From Fimicolochytrium jonesii (taxonomy: Eukaryota): a stretch of 64,000 bases of DNA. Within the stretch, counting starts at the first letter, position 1; the number at the start of each line of letters is the position of its first letter. The position numbers and the translations under genes were made by a program. The stretch covers positions 1 through 64,000 of the forward strand of contig NW_026515677.1 in NCBI RefSeq assembly GCF_025526975.1, written 5' to 3'. This document shows, one piece after another, positions 11,540 to 22,935 of this stretch. The notes under the pieces are model-generated. The model searched no databases. It was not told the origin of the DNA and saw nothing but the letters and a program-made list of their open reading frames with translations.

Positions 11540-12010
11540 GTACCGGCTTTGCATCCATCATTGTCACGGACAAGCTTCAGACTGCAAGCTATACTTCTGA
11601 GTTGAGGAACGGCAAGATGTATTTCGAAGAGGGTAGACAGATTAGGCTACGATGATCAAGAATGGCGTTGACCAGGGACCTGCTAGCGAGCAAGTCGGAA
11701 ACACAAGCATGGCTAGCTACATAGGTTGTGTGGAGCGCGTAACAATAGAACACGCTAATAGGACTTGGCAATTCGACGATTCTGCTCTGGCCGTGACAAT
11801 ACGGGACCAATCGCGTGCGAGTATGGCCAAAACAATCGCTTTAGGACCAACAGTTCCGACGAATACAGTGAACGCCTTTGGACTCGATTGGCATATGCAT
11901 TTTTCCTAGAGCGATACTCCTTAGTTTCATTGTACATGGCAGAGCGCTCTGGGCGTGCCTGCACCTCCGTCGCTTTCTGAAGGACAACTGCGCTCCCGAA
12001 ATCTATGTAT

Positions 12011-13573
12011 CTAACGCTCCATGGTCTTGTACGTCACAATAGGTCTTAATCTCGCTACCACGTCTACATACGGGCGCAAGTCCTCAATGACGGCGTCGAT
12101 GTCTTTGTAACACTCTGGCGCTTCCTCCAACAGAAGCGTTTTGTCCATGCAGATGACGGTGCTGCCAAGTTTCGTGGTGGTGAGGTCGGATTTCGGGTTG
12201 ATTTTGTGGTGTGATTGAGTGCGCGCGACGGCTCGGCCGGCTCCATGGGCGAGCGAAAAGCCTGTATATGAAGGAAGTGAGTTATATCTGGCAGCAATCA
12301 AGCAGGTGAGGATTCTTGGCAATCTGGGTTGCGACGTACCGTTTGGAGTATGGTCGAGATCTTTCGGCATGACCACATAACTGTACGCGCCTCGACTGCC
12401 TGGTATCACCACCGGCTGACCTGGGACCGCAGGAGCTGCACCCTTCCGATGCACCCACCCCCTCTCTGCCGCCATCTCCGCGCTCGTAACCGAGTTATGA
12501 AAAATATCCACCAGCTTTTCGACCGTATCGGCAAGACCTAACGGGTCCAACAGTCGCGTTGCAATGAGCTCCCGATTCCGCTGGGCCCATGTACAAGCTT
12601 GATCGTGTTGGCGAATATACTCGTTGAACTGTTGCGGATCGGTGGCGGAATTCAGGACGGGAGGCGCGGCTTCTAGAATAGCTTTCCCGTAGCTTCGCGA
12701 TCCGGAGTGGATTAGGAGGTAGGCTACCGATGAGGATATCTGCATTCGAGTGGCGTGATCGGTGTCAAGGATCTCGTCCACGACGAGAAACTCTGCGAAG
12801 TGGTTGCCTTTGCCAATCGTCCCAAGTGTCTGTGAATGCGCGGCAGAGTCTTCGAACAGATTTGGTGGGTTCTCCATCGGCCCGTCGATGTTGATGAGTT
12901 GTTTTGCGAGTAAGCTGGGCGTTTCTATACGTTTTGAGGTCGATAAGAGAGATGGAAGTTTAAAGAGGCTCATTCCGCAGCCGATGTCAGAGCCGATCAA
13001 TTTGGGGTAGATCGCTTCGGTAGATGTGATGAAGACGCAGCCGACGGGGGAACTGTTGCCTAGATGGAGGTCTGGCATGCCCTAGAATTGAAAGCAAACG
13101 ACATGCCAAAGATTAGCTCGTTGACCCATGCATGTCAGCGAGCAATCGGCCACACGTACCACAGCCATGTTGATATAAGGACATCGTTCCACCGTCAGGT
13201 ACAGCTGCTTGATGGCATCATTCTCCACCGCAGAGTGTTCCGCAATAACGCTCACGTTCGGTCTAGTCCTCTCATCCGTCTCCCCGGCCGTACTCGTCTG
13301 CCCAACAAACTGCTGCCCTTTCCCGCACACAACAATCTCCTTTTCACGCTTATTGTCCGTCCGGAGGTATCCGGCGATTCCGTCCTCGTCAGTCAGTTCC
13401 GCGCCGGTGTGCAGGACAATCAGCCGGTCAGGGTTTTTTATACGCAACTTTGTTTTTGCGCCATGATGGAGCTGTGTTGCCAGCGCCGTGCTACTTCCGC
13501 TAGACTGAAGCAAGAGCACCGTGCGTTTGCGACGGTCAGTGTTGTCGATAATGGTGACTCGAATGGAAGGCAT
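12011..13573 (-). CDS. rtcB: RtcB-family RNA ligase (RtcB2/release-factor-H-coupled type) with an N-terminal extension; 2 introns
   Basis: Motifs MPDLH, GSDIGCG, GTIGKGNHFAE, HSGSR, HN, HRKGA, IPGSRG, SLAHGAGR, EEAPECYKDI and LRPIVTYK. Introns at 13082-13159 (GTACGT..TTCTAG) and ~12263-12339. Confidence 0.9.
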
Positions 13574-14382
13574 AGTGGTGAATTTCTGCGACGTTTTCCG
13601 GACTGGACGACGAGTACCTTATATATGCATAAACTTCTCGGCAATAAACTCTCGGTGGCGGTCGGTTTGCTTACAGGTAACAGGCTATGTTCTTGGTGAT
13701 TGCCGGTGGGCAAGCTGCTTATCCACCACTGGGATATTCGCTCTCGCAGCTTTTACCCCTGCACATCCCCCTACAGTATGCCTTACATATTTCACCTTCG
13801 TCGGCGGCGGACGAGACGTTCGTGCACCGTCGCGTGTGACCGCTTGTCCTGAACATCAATCTCCTTTAGTGGAGTACGTAGCTTCAGTTTTTCCATGATA
13901 CTGTACAGTATGTTCGCCGAAAAAAGGAGGTCCGCGTGAACCCCGATCTGCGTATGCCGACACTGGCTATATATATCTACATAGAGTGACGCTAAGCAGC
14001 GACCCTTACAAGTACTTCTCAGAAGGCCGGTACATAGACAGTTGTCACATGTCACGGTTGCCGCTTTCCCAACGCTTCTCACGATGCTCTCGGAGTTCGG
14101 GGACTGTCACGCCCAATTCTCAGACAGGACGGCTGATCGCGACCCTATCTGCGCAAATCGAGGAAGAGCGCTCGGGAAGAAACAAGACTCATGAGGAAGC
14201 ATCATCGAGGGAGCAAGAAGCGTACGTTCGCTGGGACCGACAGGCTCTGTTGCTCTAGACAACGATTGAAGTGCTATTATGTAGCTATGTACAGTACATA
14301 ATCCGGATCCACAACGTTTCCGGACGTCACCCTTCCTGATTCAATCCCCATATATAAAAGCACATGACAGGGAGTGGGGGGA

Positions 14383-14421
14383 GCCACGTGACTCATCTTA
14401 CAGTGCTTGCCTACGTGGCAA
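14383..14421. promoter_or_regulatory. Candidate bZIP/UPR elements in the rtcB-BiP divergent intergenic region
   Basis: GCCACGTG (14383-90) overlaps TGACTCA; a TTGCC-TACGT-GGCAA near-palindrome lies at 14407-21 and TATATAAAAG at 14351. Confidence 0.35.
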
Positions 14422-14655
14422 AGCATTGGGACATAGGCGTGGCAGTTTCTCTGCGACATCATTGCCGCCAATGAACGTATGCCATCCCATACCCATACCC
14501 ATACCCGTACCATGCGGAAGTGCCCTCGCTCTGATCCCAAAATGTACCGACCATCATCCTGCATAAATACAAAGGGGCAAAGCGTCTGCCTCCCACCCCA
14601 TCATCACCAACACCCAAAAACAAGGAGAGCTAAACAACACTAACAATAACTCGCC

Positions 14656-16714
14656 ATGAGTCAGCGGCGCTCACTGTTTACATCTCCATTGCGTTCGGTA
14701 GCTCTACTAGCCTTCGCAGTAGCGATCACTTTCCTCCTCGCAGGGGCCAGAGCAACCAAGACAGAGAACCCGGGCAGTAACAAATTAGGGCCTATCATCG
14801 GTATTGACTTGGGGACGACATATAGGTAGGGTTCACTTTTTCTGTGTTCTATTTTGACACACAGGCTAACTGCGCTATGCCCCCAGTTGTGTCGGTGTCC
14901 ACAAAAATGGACGGGTTGAAATCATTGCCAACGAACAGGGCAATCGCATAACCCCATCCTACGTCGCATTCACCGATACTGAGCGACTCGTCGGAGATGC
15001 TGCAAAGAACCAAGCGCCAGCCAATCCTTTCAATACAATTTTCGATGCGAAGCGTCTGATCGGTCGCCACTTCAATGACAAGGAGGTCGAGGAGGATGCA
15101 AAACATTGGCCCTTCAAGCTCGTCAACAAAGACCAACGGCCCCGTGTTCAAGTCGAGGTCAAGGGCGAAAAGAAGGTCTTCAGCGCAGAGGAGGTGTCTG
15201 CCATGCTCCTGACCAAGATGAAGACCATAGCGGAAGAGTATCTCGGCCGCAACGTTACACGCGCAGTCGTCACGGTCCCTGCGTACTTCAACGATGCGCA
15301 GCGTCAAGCCACTCAAGATGCGGGTGTCATAGCTGGCCTCGACATCGTCCGGATTGTGAACGAACCGACAGCCGCCGCTCTAGCATACGGGTTGAACAGA
15401 AAGGGTGGCGAACAACATGTCTTAGTTTACGATCTGGGTGGCGGGACCTTTGATGTGTCCTTGTTGGCCATCGACGACGGGATCTTCGAAGTCTTGGCCA
15501 CCAGCGGTGACACGCACTTGGGCGGTGAAGATTTTGACAATCGCCTCATCCGCCACTTCTCGTCCTTATGGAAAGAAAAGACTGGTAAAGACTGCAACAA
15601 AGACGCGAAGGCCATGGGCAAACTGAAGCGCGAGGTGGAGAAAGCTAAGCGTACGTTGTCCACCGCAATGTCCGCCCGTGTCGAAATTGAATCGTTTCAA
15701 GACGGCCGTGACCTTTCGGAGACGCTGACCCGCGCCAAGTTCGAAGAGTTGAATCTGGATCTTTTCAAGAAGACCATGAAGCCCCTCAAGAAGGTTCTCA
15801 AAGATGCTGCGATATCGAAAGCCAAAGTGGACGAGATTGTGCTTGTCGGAGGGTCTACTCGTATCCCCAAGATTCGAGAGCTACTCGAAGATTTTTTTGG
15901 CGGAAAGAAAGCAAGCCAGGGGATCAATCCCGATGAAGCGGTCGCGTACGGAGCCGCCATCCAAGCTGCCATTCTTGATGAACGAGTCGACGATTACGAC
16001 TCGATACTTCTCGTCGATGTCGTACCTCTGAGCTTTGGTATCGAGACCTCTGGCGGAGTCATGACCAAGCTGATTCCTCGTAACACCCCGATTCCTACCA
16101 CGAGGTCTCAAACCTTTTCTACCACCGCTGACAATCAACAATCTGTTCTCATTCAAGTCTACGAGGGGGAGCGTCTGATGACGAAGGATAACAACGTTCT
16201 CGGCAAATTTGATCTTACCGGTATCCCAGGAGCCCCACGCGGTGTCCCCCAGATCGAAGTATCTTTCACAGTGGACGCCAATGGTATCTTGGAGGTCTCA
16301 GCGGTCGAAAAAGGAAGCGGAAAGATGGAGTCAATCACCATCAAGAACGAGCAAGGTCGTCTTTCCGAGGCAGACATTGAACGTATGATTCTGGACGCAG
16401 AGAGATTGGCGGAGGAAGATGCCACGCTGAAGAAACAGATTGAGGCCCGCAACAGGTTCGATTCGTACCTTTACTCAGTGAAGGACCGGGTCAACAAGGA
16501 ATCGGAACTCGACGATGTGGACAAGCAAAAAGTTGTCGTTGCGGTCAGGGAAGCACAAGACTGGTTGGAATCTGAAGGCTCAAACGCAGTCGAGGAGGAT
16601 ATACAGGAACGCGAATCAGAACTCGAAGCAGTGGTTGCCTCTATCATGGCAAGACTTAACACTAGCACCACCTCTAGCGGTCGTGAGCAGTCTTCTTATC
16701 ACGATGAGTTGTAA
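14656..16714 (+). CDS. KAR2: ER-lumenal Hsp70 (BiP/Kar2 family); 1 intron (14826-14886)
   Basis: Signal peptide, [37 protein letters not shown] and C-terminal HDEL. Confidence 0.95.
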
Positions 16715-16744
16715 CAAGAATAGATAGGGTTAGGGTTAGAGATG

Positions 16745-17162
16745 GGTTGCTTGTCCGGGGACGGCCAATCTTTACCTGAATATAGATGAAGTAGTCAAAA
16801 TCACAATACTCCTCATGGTACCCTCCGATGTAGAGCTCTGTGCCTTGAGGCAAGGTGCCGATGCAGGAAGTCTCCACGTCCTGCTCCAGGACGGTCCTAC
16901 TCCTGCCATATCGATGGAAGCTCCACACCGGATGCCGCCAAGTATCCTCGTAGTGTCCGCCTACATGATGTTTTTGCGCATGGTAGCTCTTCCAGCCGTT
17001 CTTGATCACCTCGATATGAAACGGGGTGGTAATATTTTCAGGGCTTTCTTTGATCGCGTTGTGCTTTGCGTAAGCTGTTCGATAGGAGTTCAACAAATTG
17101 ATTATTCTCCAACAACTCTTGAATTCCACGCGCCCGGCGGAGAGCGAGCCTGGCGCGTTCAC
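16745..17162 (-). pseudogene. Fragment of a conserved hypothetical fungal/bacterial protein (IGGxHE..DxDxxIY motif)
   Basis: WSFHRYGR...TLPQGTELYIGGYHEEYCDFDYFIY; appears truncated and abuts the BiP 3' end. Confidence 0.4.
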
Positions 17163-17185
17163 AATTTCCTCGGTCCTCCAAACTA

Positions 17186-17245
17186 TGACGATATTCCCAA
17201 CCGGCTGACAACTTGAGATCCGCCAGCCGGTTGGGAATATCGTCA
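17186..17245. repeat. Perfect inverted repeat with 22-bp arms and a 16-nt spacer
   Basis: TGACGATATTCCCAACCGGCTG (17186-17207) pairs with CAGCCGGTTGGGAATATCGTCA (17224-17245). Confidence 0.9.
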
Positions 17246-17249
17246 GAGA

Positions 17250-18420
17250 CCGAGAGACCGTACTCCATACGGCCCTGCTCGTCTACCGCACGAAGGGCCG
17301 CAATCCATTGATGAAACGTTAGACCGAATACACGCTCAGCAATCTCTCTTATGCGCTCCTTCACGTTAGTGGAGTCCAAATGGAACTGCAATGAGAAGTC
17401 GTCGCTTTGGGCGAATTGAGGCGATTCGTCAGGAGTGTGGAGAACAAATGCCCAGGTAGCCGCATTGGACACTATTCCGACGACAGAAGGGATATTGCGG
17501 TTGTCCACGCGATTCATCATGACAGCGGCTGTAGTGGAGCACAACTTCAATCAGATATACCTTTCCAAATGACGCCGCCGAGGACGAACACTCACCAGAA
17601 CAAGCTGCGCTAAACCCTTCTCGTAATTATCCTGCTTACATTCCACGATTTTCAGCACGATTTCGTCCATGAACTTTACGACAAACTCGACCCGACCTCC
17701 TGAGAGGGTGCCTTCGACTTTGATTTCGACGCTGAAACCAAGGAGACCCAAAAATTCTTTCAATAGCTGTAACACCGGATGAGCGTCCAGTATGGAGAAA
17801 GTATTGCGACAGTAGATGCATTACCTCGAACTCGAAAAATTCCGCTTCGCTTGCTTGCCTTGCCGCATGTCTCCCAACACGAGAAGGGCGGTTTGTAGGT
17901 TATATTCAATGCGGGCAATGACCACGTCGGGGAGTGGCAGTCGTTCGGGACCATAGTGCGGTAACGTCTTTGGCAAGCTAAACGCCTTGCGTACTGTCAG
18001 CCAATTCCAGTCCGAAAAAGACTTGCCCACTTTATCTGGTAGTCGGGTCAAGTCAGTATATACGTCGGAAAGTTTCTGACACGGCTACCGAAAGGTTACC
18101 TTTGAGAGCGTCCGATAGACCGTGGTGGACTTTCGTATACCTTAACACTTCCGCAAAATGGGTCGCCTTTCCCGTCAAAGTCCCTCACGACCTTCACTAA
18201 CGCCTCTTCCTCTTGCGTCAACAGAAGCCGTTTACGCTTCATACCACCTTGTGTACTAACCCGTACGGTTGGGGTAGCAGCGGGACGGGGAATGTTTGAG
18301 GGACGACCAGAGGCGGTGGAGCGAGCCGGGGGAGAGCTGCCTGATGGAGGAGGAATGCTTCCTTCTGGGGGGGAGAGGTCTTGTTTGTCCTCTGAAGTTT
18401 GGCGCAGGATGCAAGTGGAA
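17250..18420 (-). CDS. Intron-containing PD-(D/E)XK-like protein (type common in Crinkler-like fungal families); possibly degenerate
   Basis: Exon-like pieces GRVEFVV...IVECKQDNYEKGLAQL and VVGIVSNAATWAFV. Boundaries approximate. Confidence 0.55.
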
Positions 18421-18626
18421 AAGGATATCACTTTGCAAAACGGGAACGTGACTCGGGAACTTCGGTTGTGGGCCCCTGCATGTGCACCTGCATGCACCCA
18501 CCGCTTCCTCCGCTTCTCGCGCATTAACAGGTTTGGGCCGCTGCGGGTGTCACTTGCCGCTTTCTGTATATGTAGAGTCTCTACGGAGAGGGCGACGAAC
18601 GATTCGAGCAAGGCAACGTTTGAGGA

Positions 18627-18990
18627 ATGGGCATCGACGCAGTGGACGACGCCTTCCTCCTGGACGTCTTGGAAGCATACTCGACCGCCGCTTACGAAAA
18701 CGAACTGCGGCTTGGGAACCTTAGGCTGGTATCTCGCCGCTGGAACGGGCTCGTCCAATGGCTGCAACGTAGCTTCGAGAAACGGTCTCTTGCTGTCGGC
18801 ATTTGCGAAGCCGTGGACTTGGCTGCTATCGCGCAGAAGCAAGGCCGTGTTCCCCCCAACGTTCTTCGAAAGCTCACCATCAACCGCGATTGCGAACACG
18901 AAAAAGGAACATGTTCCGCTTCCGAGCCTGACGTTTACGATAGGGTTCTGCGGCAGGTTCCTAAACTCATCCCGAAGCAATTGCAGACAT
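18627..18990 (+). pseudogene. F-box-like gene fragment running into the Fanzor 5' region
   Basis: ..FLLDVLEAY..LGNLRLVSRRWNGLV resembles an F-box motif. Confidence 0.3.
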
Positions 18991-21592
18991 GGTTAGCGAG
19001 AGCTCCGGCGATGAAGACGGGCGGCACCAGCAGCGAGGGCTTTCACCCGTGGACAGGGGTCTGCAGCGCCCACTGAACCTCCCCGCGCCCATCCCTTTCC
19101 GTTTTCCCAGCACACCGGGTGGATCCCTGGTGTATGAGCCCCCGCCACCACCACCAGTTCAACGACCCCGCCCGCAGACGCATGCCAGCACGAAGGTTTC
19201 CCTTCACCGAATCGATAATCACAATCAAGTTCAAAGGGAGCGCCTGACAACGTTCATCGGCAATGTTCACGTCCTTGCGCGCCACACCACCTTCTTTCTC
19301 AAGTACTACCTTGGTGAGTTTTTGAGGTACACTGTATATTTCCCATAATATTTCCCATAACAATGTCCTGACTACCACGTCTGCCCACCACAGCTGATCA
19401 TCCTCTACACGGTTTCCCGGACATCACCGACAAGCACATCAGTGTGATATTCTGCAATGTCACGGATTCGCCCCCATACGCATGCGATATTGCCAACAGA
19501 CCGCAGCGTACACAGCTCAGAGCATCTTCACCAACCTCAAAGTTAACGTACAAGAGCATTTTATGCAAATGTTTCTGGGCTACGTTAACGAAAGGATTGG
19601 TTTGAAGCGAGTCGTACTGCATCTCCATAGAGCCAGAGCCAACCGAGCGCAGCGGAGACAGTATTATCAGCGGGTCCATCAATTTACAAAATTTGCGACG
19701 TTTGAAGAGTTTCCAACCGAAGAAGAGTTTGCGCGCCTCACACGACTTGAGCGGACTGTCCTCGACGAGCTATGGGCTCTGTTTCCTCCCCAGGATGAGC
19801 CGCTTGCGTACAGCCTTGCGGTGGACGCAATGCCATATTTAGGTGAGTTAGTATATTTCCAGCAACCCCTGCTTCCTCTTTTGTCTAATCATGGTCCGCA
19901 CCTGCCTCGCTTCATCACAGGTGCCTATTGTGAGCTCTCACGCCTCTATGAGCGCCGTGGAATGTGGCTGTTTTCCGCTATCCCGCTGCGCAAATCTCGT
20001 ATCCAGTCATCTGTTCGGATCGACACGCTGATCCTAGCCATTCATATCCTGGGTTTGAGCCAACGTCGCATGGGGAAATTCACCGATGAACGCAAGCGGG
20101 AGCTGTGGGGGCAGTTTCTCAATGTGAATGTAACTTAAGTCTGTATCCTTTTGCGCCTATTTCAATCACCTCGCTGAATGACGGATTGCAGGACAAAGTC
20201 TTCAAGCATCGAAAGAAGCTTGGTCTTAAATTTAATGGATCAATCAGCACAAACGGGTATTCCGCTACCATCCACTTCAAGAAGCCAGGGCTCAAGTATA
20301 GGCATCGGGCCCGGAAGCGCAGAAAGGCCCAAATGCGGGAAGAAGTCAAGCAGCTGTATTTTGAGCATCACATCGCCGAACTACGGGAGGATCCAAACAT
20401 CGTCAGGATTGATCCGGGCAAGAGTGACCTCTTGTTCTGTCGAGACATCAAGAAGGAGCGGCCATTTCGGTACGTTTCAGTTGATTACTACTGCCCCGCT
20501 GTTGCCGCTATCCCCGCTGTCGCCGCTATCCCCGCTATCCCCGCTATCCCCGCTATCCCCGCTATCCCGGCTGTCCCCGCTGTCGCCGCTGTCCCCGCTG
20601 TCCCCGCTGTCGCCGCTGTCCCCGCCCCCGCCATCCCAATCGGCGCCCTCCTCAACCCTGTCCTTGTCCCACCATCCCCCCCCTCCCCGTCCCCACCATC
20701 TGTTGCTGCGTTCTCACAATGCACCACCCCATACCAGATACACATCCAATCAACGGGCGGTCGAGACAAAGTCTCGGTACTTTCAAAGAGACATGACAGA
20801 GCAAAAGATCAATGCCGGCATCGCTGAGATGGAATCGCGTATTCCGTCGTACAAGAGCATGAACATCGAGGAGTTCTCAGCGTTCATTGTGGATTACGAA
20901 CATGCGGGTATGATGTATCATGCATCGTCTTCAAATTTGGTAATACATGGGCTGACATCCATCCATATCCCAGATCCCGCCCTGGACGAGTTTTACCAGG
21001 ATGAGATTCACGTGGCTCGCAGATTCAAGGCGTTCTCACTGCGGCAAAAGTCTGAGAGCAAGCTCATCAAGAACATGCGACGCCTGTATGGAAAGCATTT
21101 TTCGGTCATTTTGGGTGATTGGAGCGACGCTGGAAAAACCATGCGCTTTCAGGAGTCATCAAAGACCAAAGGGTGAGTGACCATCATTGTTTTTTATGTA
21201 TTTTGATATGCTAACTCATCATCATGGAAATCAGATTCCGCACACTCTTTGCAAGAAACAGCATTCCATGCTACTTGCTAGATGAGTATCGAACGTCTTC
21301 CGTGTGCCCAGACTGCCACGGGCGTGTGAAGAAAAACATCCGACGCCGGCTGTCGTCTCGGCTGTGGCAAGCTAGAAAGGGAAGAATGGAATTCGTCCAT
21401 GGATTGGTGGGTTGCCCCAACCCCGAATGTATCAACCAAGACTGGACGCCATTTGAGATTCCTGGGAGACAACCACTACGGATGAAAGTGCACAATCGGG
21501 ACGTCCTAAGCACCAAGACTTTCCTCTCGATTGTGCGCTCGGTGGTGTTTGGCAATGGCCGCCGACCAGACGCATTCTCCCGTAACCGGTAG
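18989..21592 (+). mobile_element. Fanzor1 (eukaryotic TnpB-derived RNA-guided RuvC nuclease) gene with 6 introns; probable frameshift near 19450
   Basis: RuvC-I RIDPG (D at 20411), RYTSNQR, ILGDWS, RuvC-II LLDEYRTSSVCPDC (E at 21284), VHGLVGCPNPEC and RuvC-III NRD (D at 21500). Introns 19314-19393, 19843-19920, 20130-20191, 20470-20737, 20908-20973 and 21173-21234; the last five splice in frame. Confidence 0.88.
20494..20625. repeat. 9-bp minisatellite (CCCGCTATC/CCCGCTGTC) inside Fanzor intron 4
   Basis: About 14 tandem units read directly. Confidence 0.9.
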
Positions 21593-21730
21593 TCTAGATT
21601 TCACCCCATCCCATTTTCCATGGTGGTTATCTGCCATCCACATCATTGTACCTCTGCCTGAGGCGTCGCCGATGATGGGAACTTGTAAATGGGAAGCTTG
21701 GATCTCAGCACAACTTCCAACACTAACTAC
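21593..21730 (+). ncRNA. Candidate Fanzor omegaRNA scaffold (plus possible guide)
   Basis: Nested stems directly after the stop codon: 21596-601/21700-05, TCCCATTT 21609-16/AAATGGGA 21687-94, 21620-26/21631-37 and CATCATTG 21641-48/CGATGATG 21670-77. Confidence 0.45.
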
Positions 21731-21949
21731 ATTTGTCCATTGATACAGCAGACACATATGCTGTCCGATCTCATCACTCCATGTTGTCCGGTACGCCTAT
21801 TGAACATTCACATGCGGTGACTGATTTCGTCGCAGTGCGCCAGCTTTTAGCGGGGGGCTGCATGTTATGTATTACTGTGGAAATGGAACGACAAGAGCGC
21901 CTCGAATCAGCAGCTGAACACGCTTTTACCAGTAAGGCTGAATTGCTCT

Positions 21950-22935
21950 CATATGGGAGCGATACTTACGATCCTCCAAACATGGGGTTGCGCTTGCAAG
22001 TTGACCAGGGGGTAAACTCTGTCCTCTTTCTCATCCCGCTGTTCCTGCTTTTTTCCCTCACTTTCGTCTTCCTCTTCCGCCAAAAGCGATACATACGATC
22101 CCGACCTGATATGCTGAATTTTCCATCCTTTGGTCTTTCCGTGATGTTGGCCGACATGAATGAATCGAAAGGCAATGTCGTCCGGGAAGTAAGCCGCGGC
22201 GTCTAAGCAGTTATCTGTGCATGGTGTTTGTTCGTCGGTTTCCAGTGGGTCTTTTGATCCATCGAAAGCGCGGCGGGGAAGACAGGAATGAACTTTTTTA
22301 CATACATTGAAGGAGAGGAGCTCCTACTGCGCTTCCGTTGTTGTTGTTCAGGTCCGGGGCAATGCATTCACCTGCCATTGGGGGTCACAACGTCAAAGCC
22401 TACAACAGCTTCTGAGCGGCAATCCCCGCTCCACCTCATCTGATTTTGCCCAGATCACCCGGTGATGACTTACAAAGACGTTCGTTGCCCTGCGGACACT
22501 GGGTGTTTCGAATGTGCCAAACACCATCTTTTATGGCTTTGAAGGCCCAACGGTTTCGTTTGTTGCCGCTGCAAGGCGCAAGGACGACCCGCGTGACATT
22601 GCCATTGGGAGTTTCGTAGTCGGGTTGCGGTGTGAGACAGATCTTTTCGTGGTTGCAACCGGCGTCTGGGCAAAACAGATTAGACTTTCAGTTGGAGAAC
22701 CCCTCAGAACAAACCAAGATGATCGTGTCAATGCTGTATGCAGTTTGTCCTCTACAGCTTGCTCCAGAAGAGAAGAAGCCATACCCTCACCTCTCTGCCA
22801 GATACGTCCGTTGCGCGGAACGAGCCTCTTCCCACCGCCGGCCGCGGCGACTGAGACGAGGATGCTGCTAATCAAGACCACCAGGAGAAGCGCAGGCGCT
22901 CCATTGCTTATGCCCTTGTAAATCCCACGTTGCAT
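21950..22935 (-). pseudogene. Possible secreted-protein gene, degenerate
   Basis: Signal-peptide-like ALLLVVLISSILVSVAAA followed by broken frames. Confidence 0.25.

Noticed and set aside
18400..21900. Terminal inverted repeats or a transposase for the Fanzor element
   Set aside because: No matching TIR pair, target-site duplication or transposase motif could be found by eye; element ends need multi-copy alignment.
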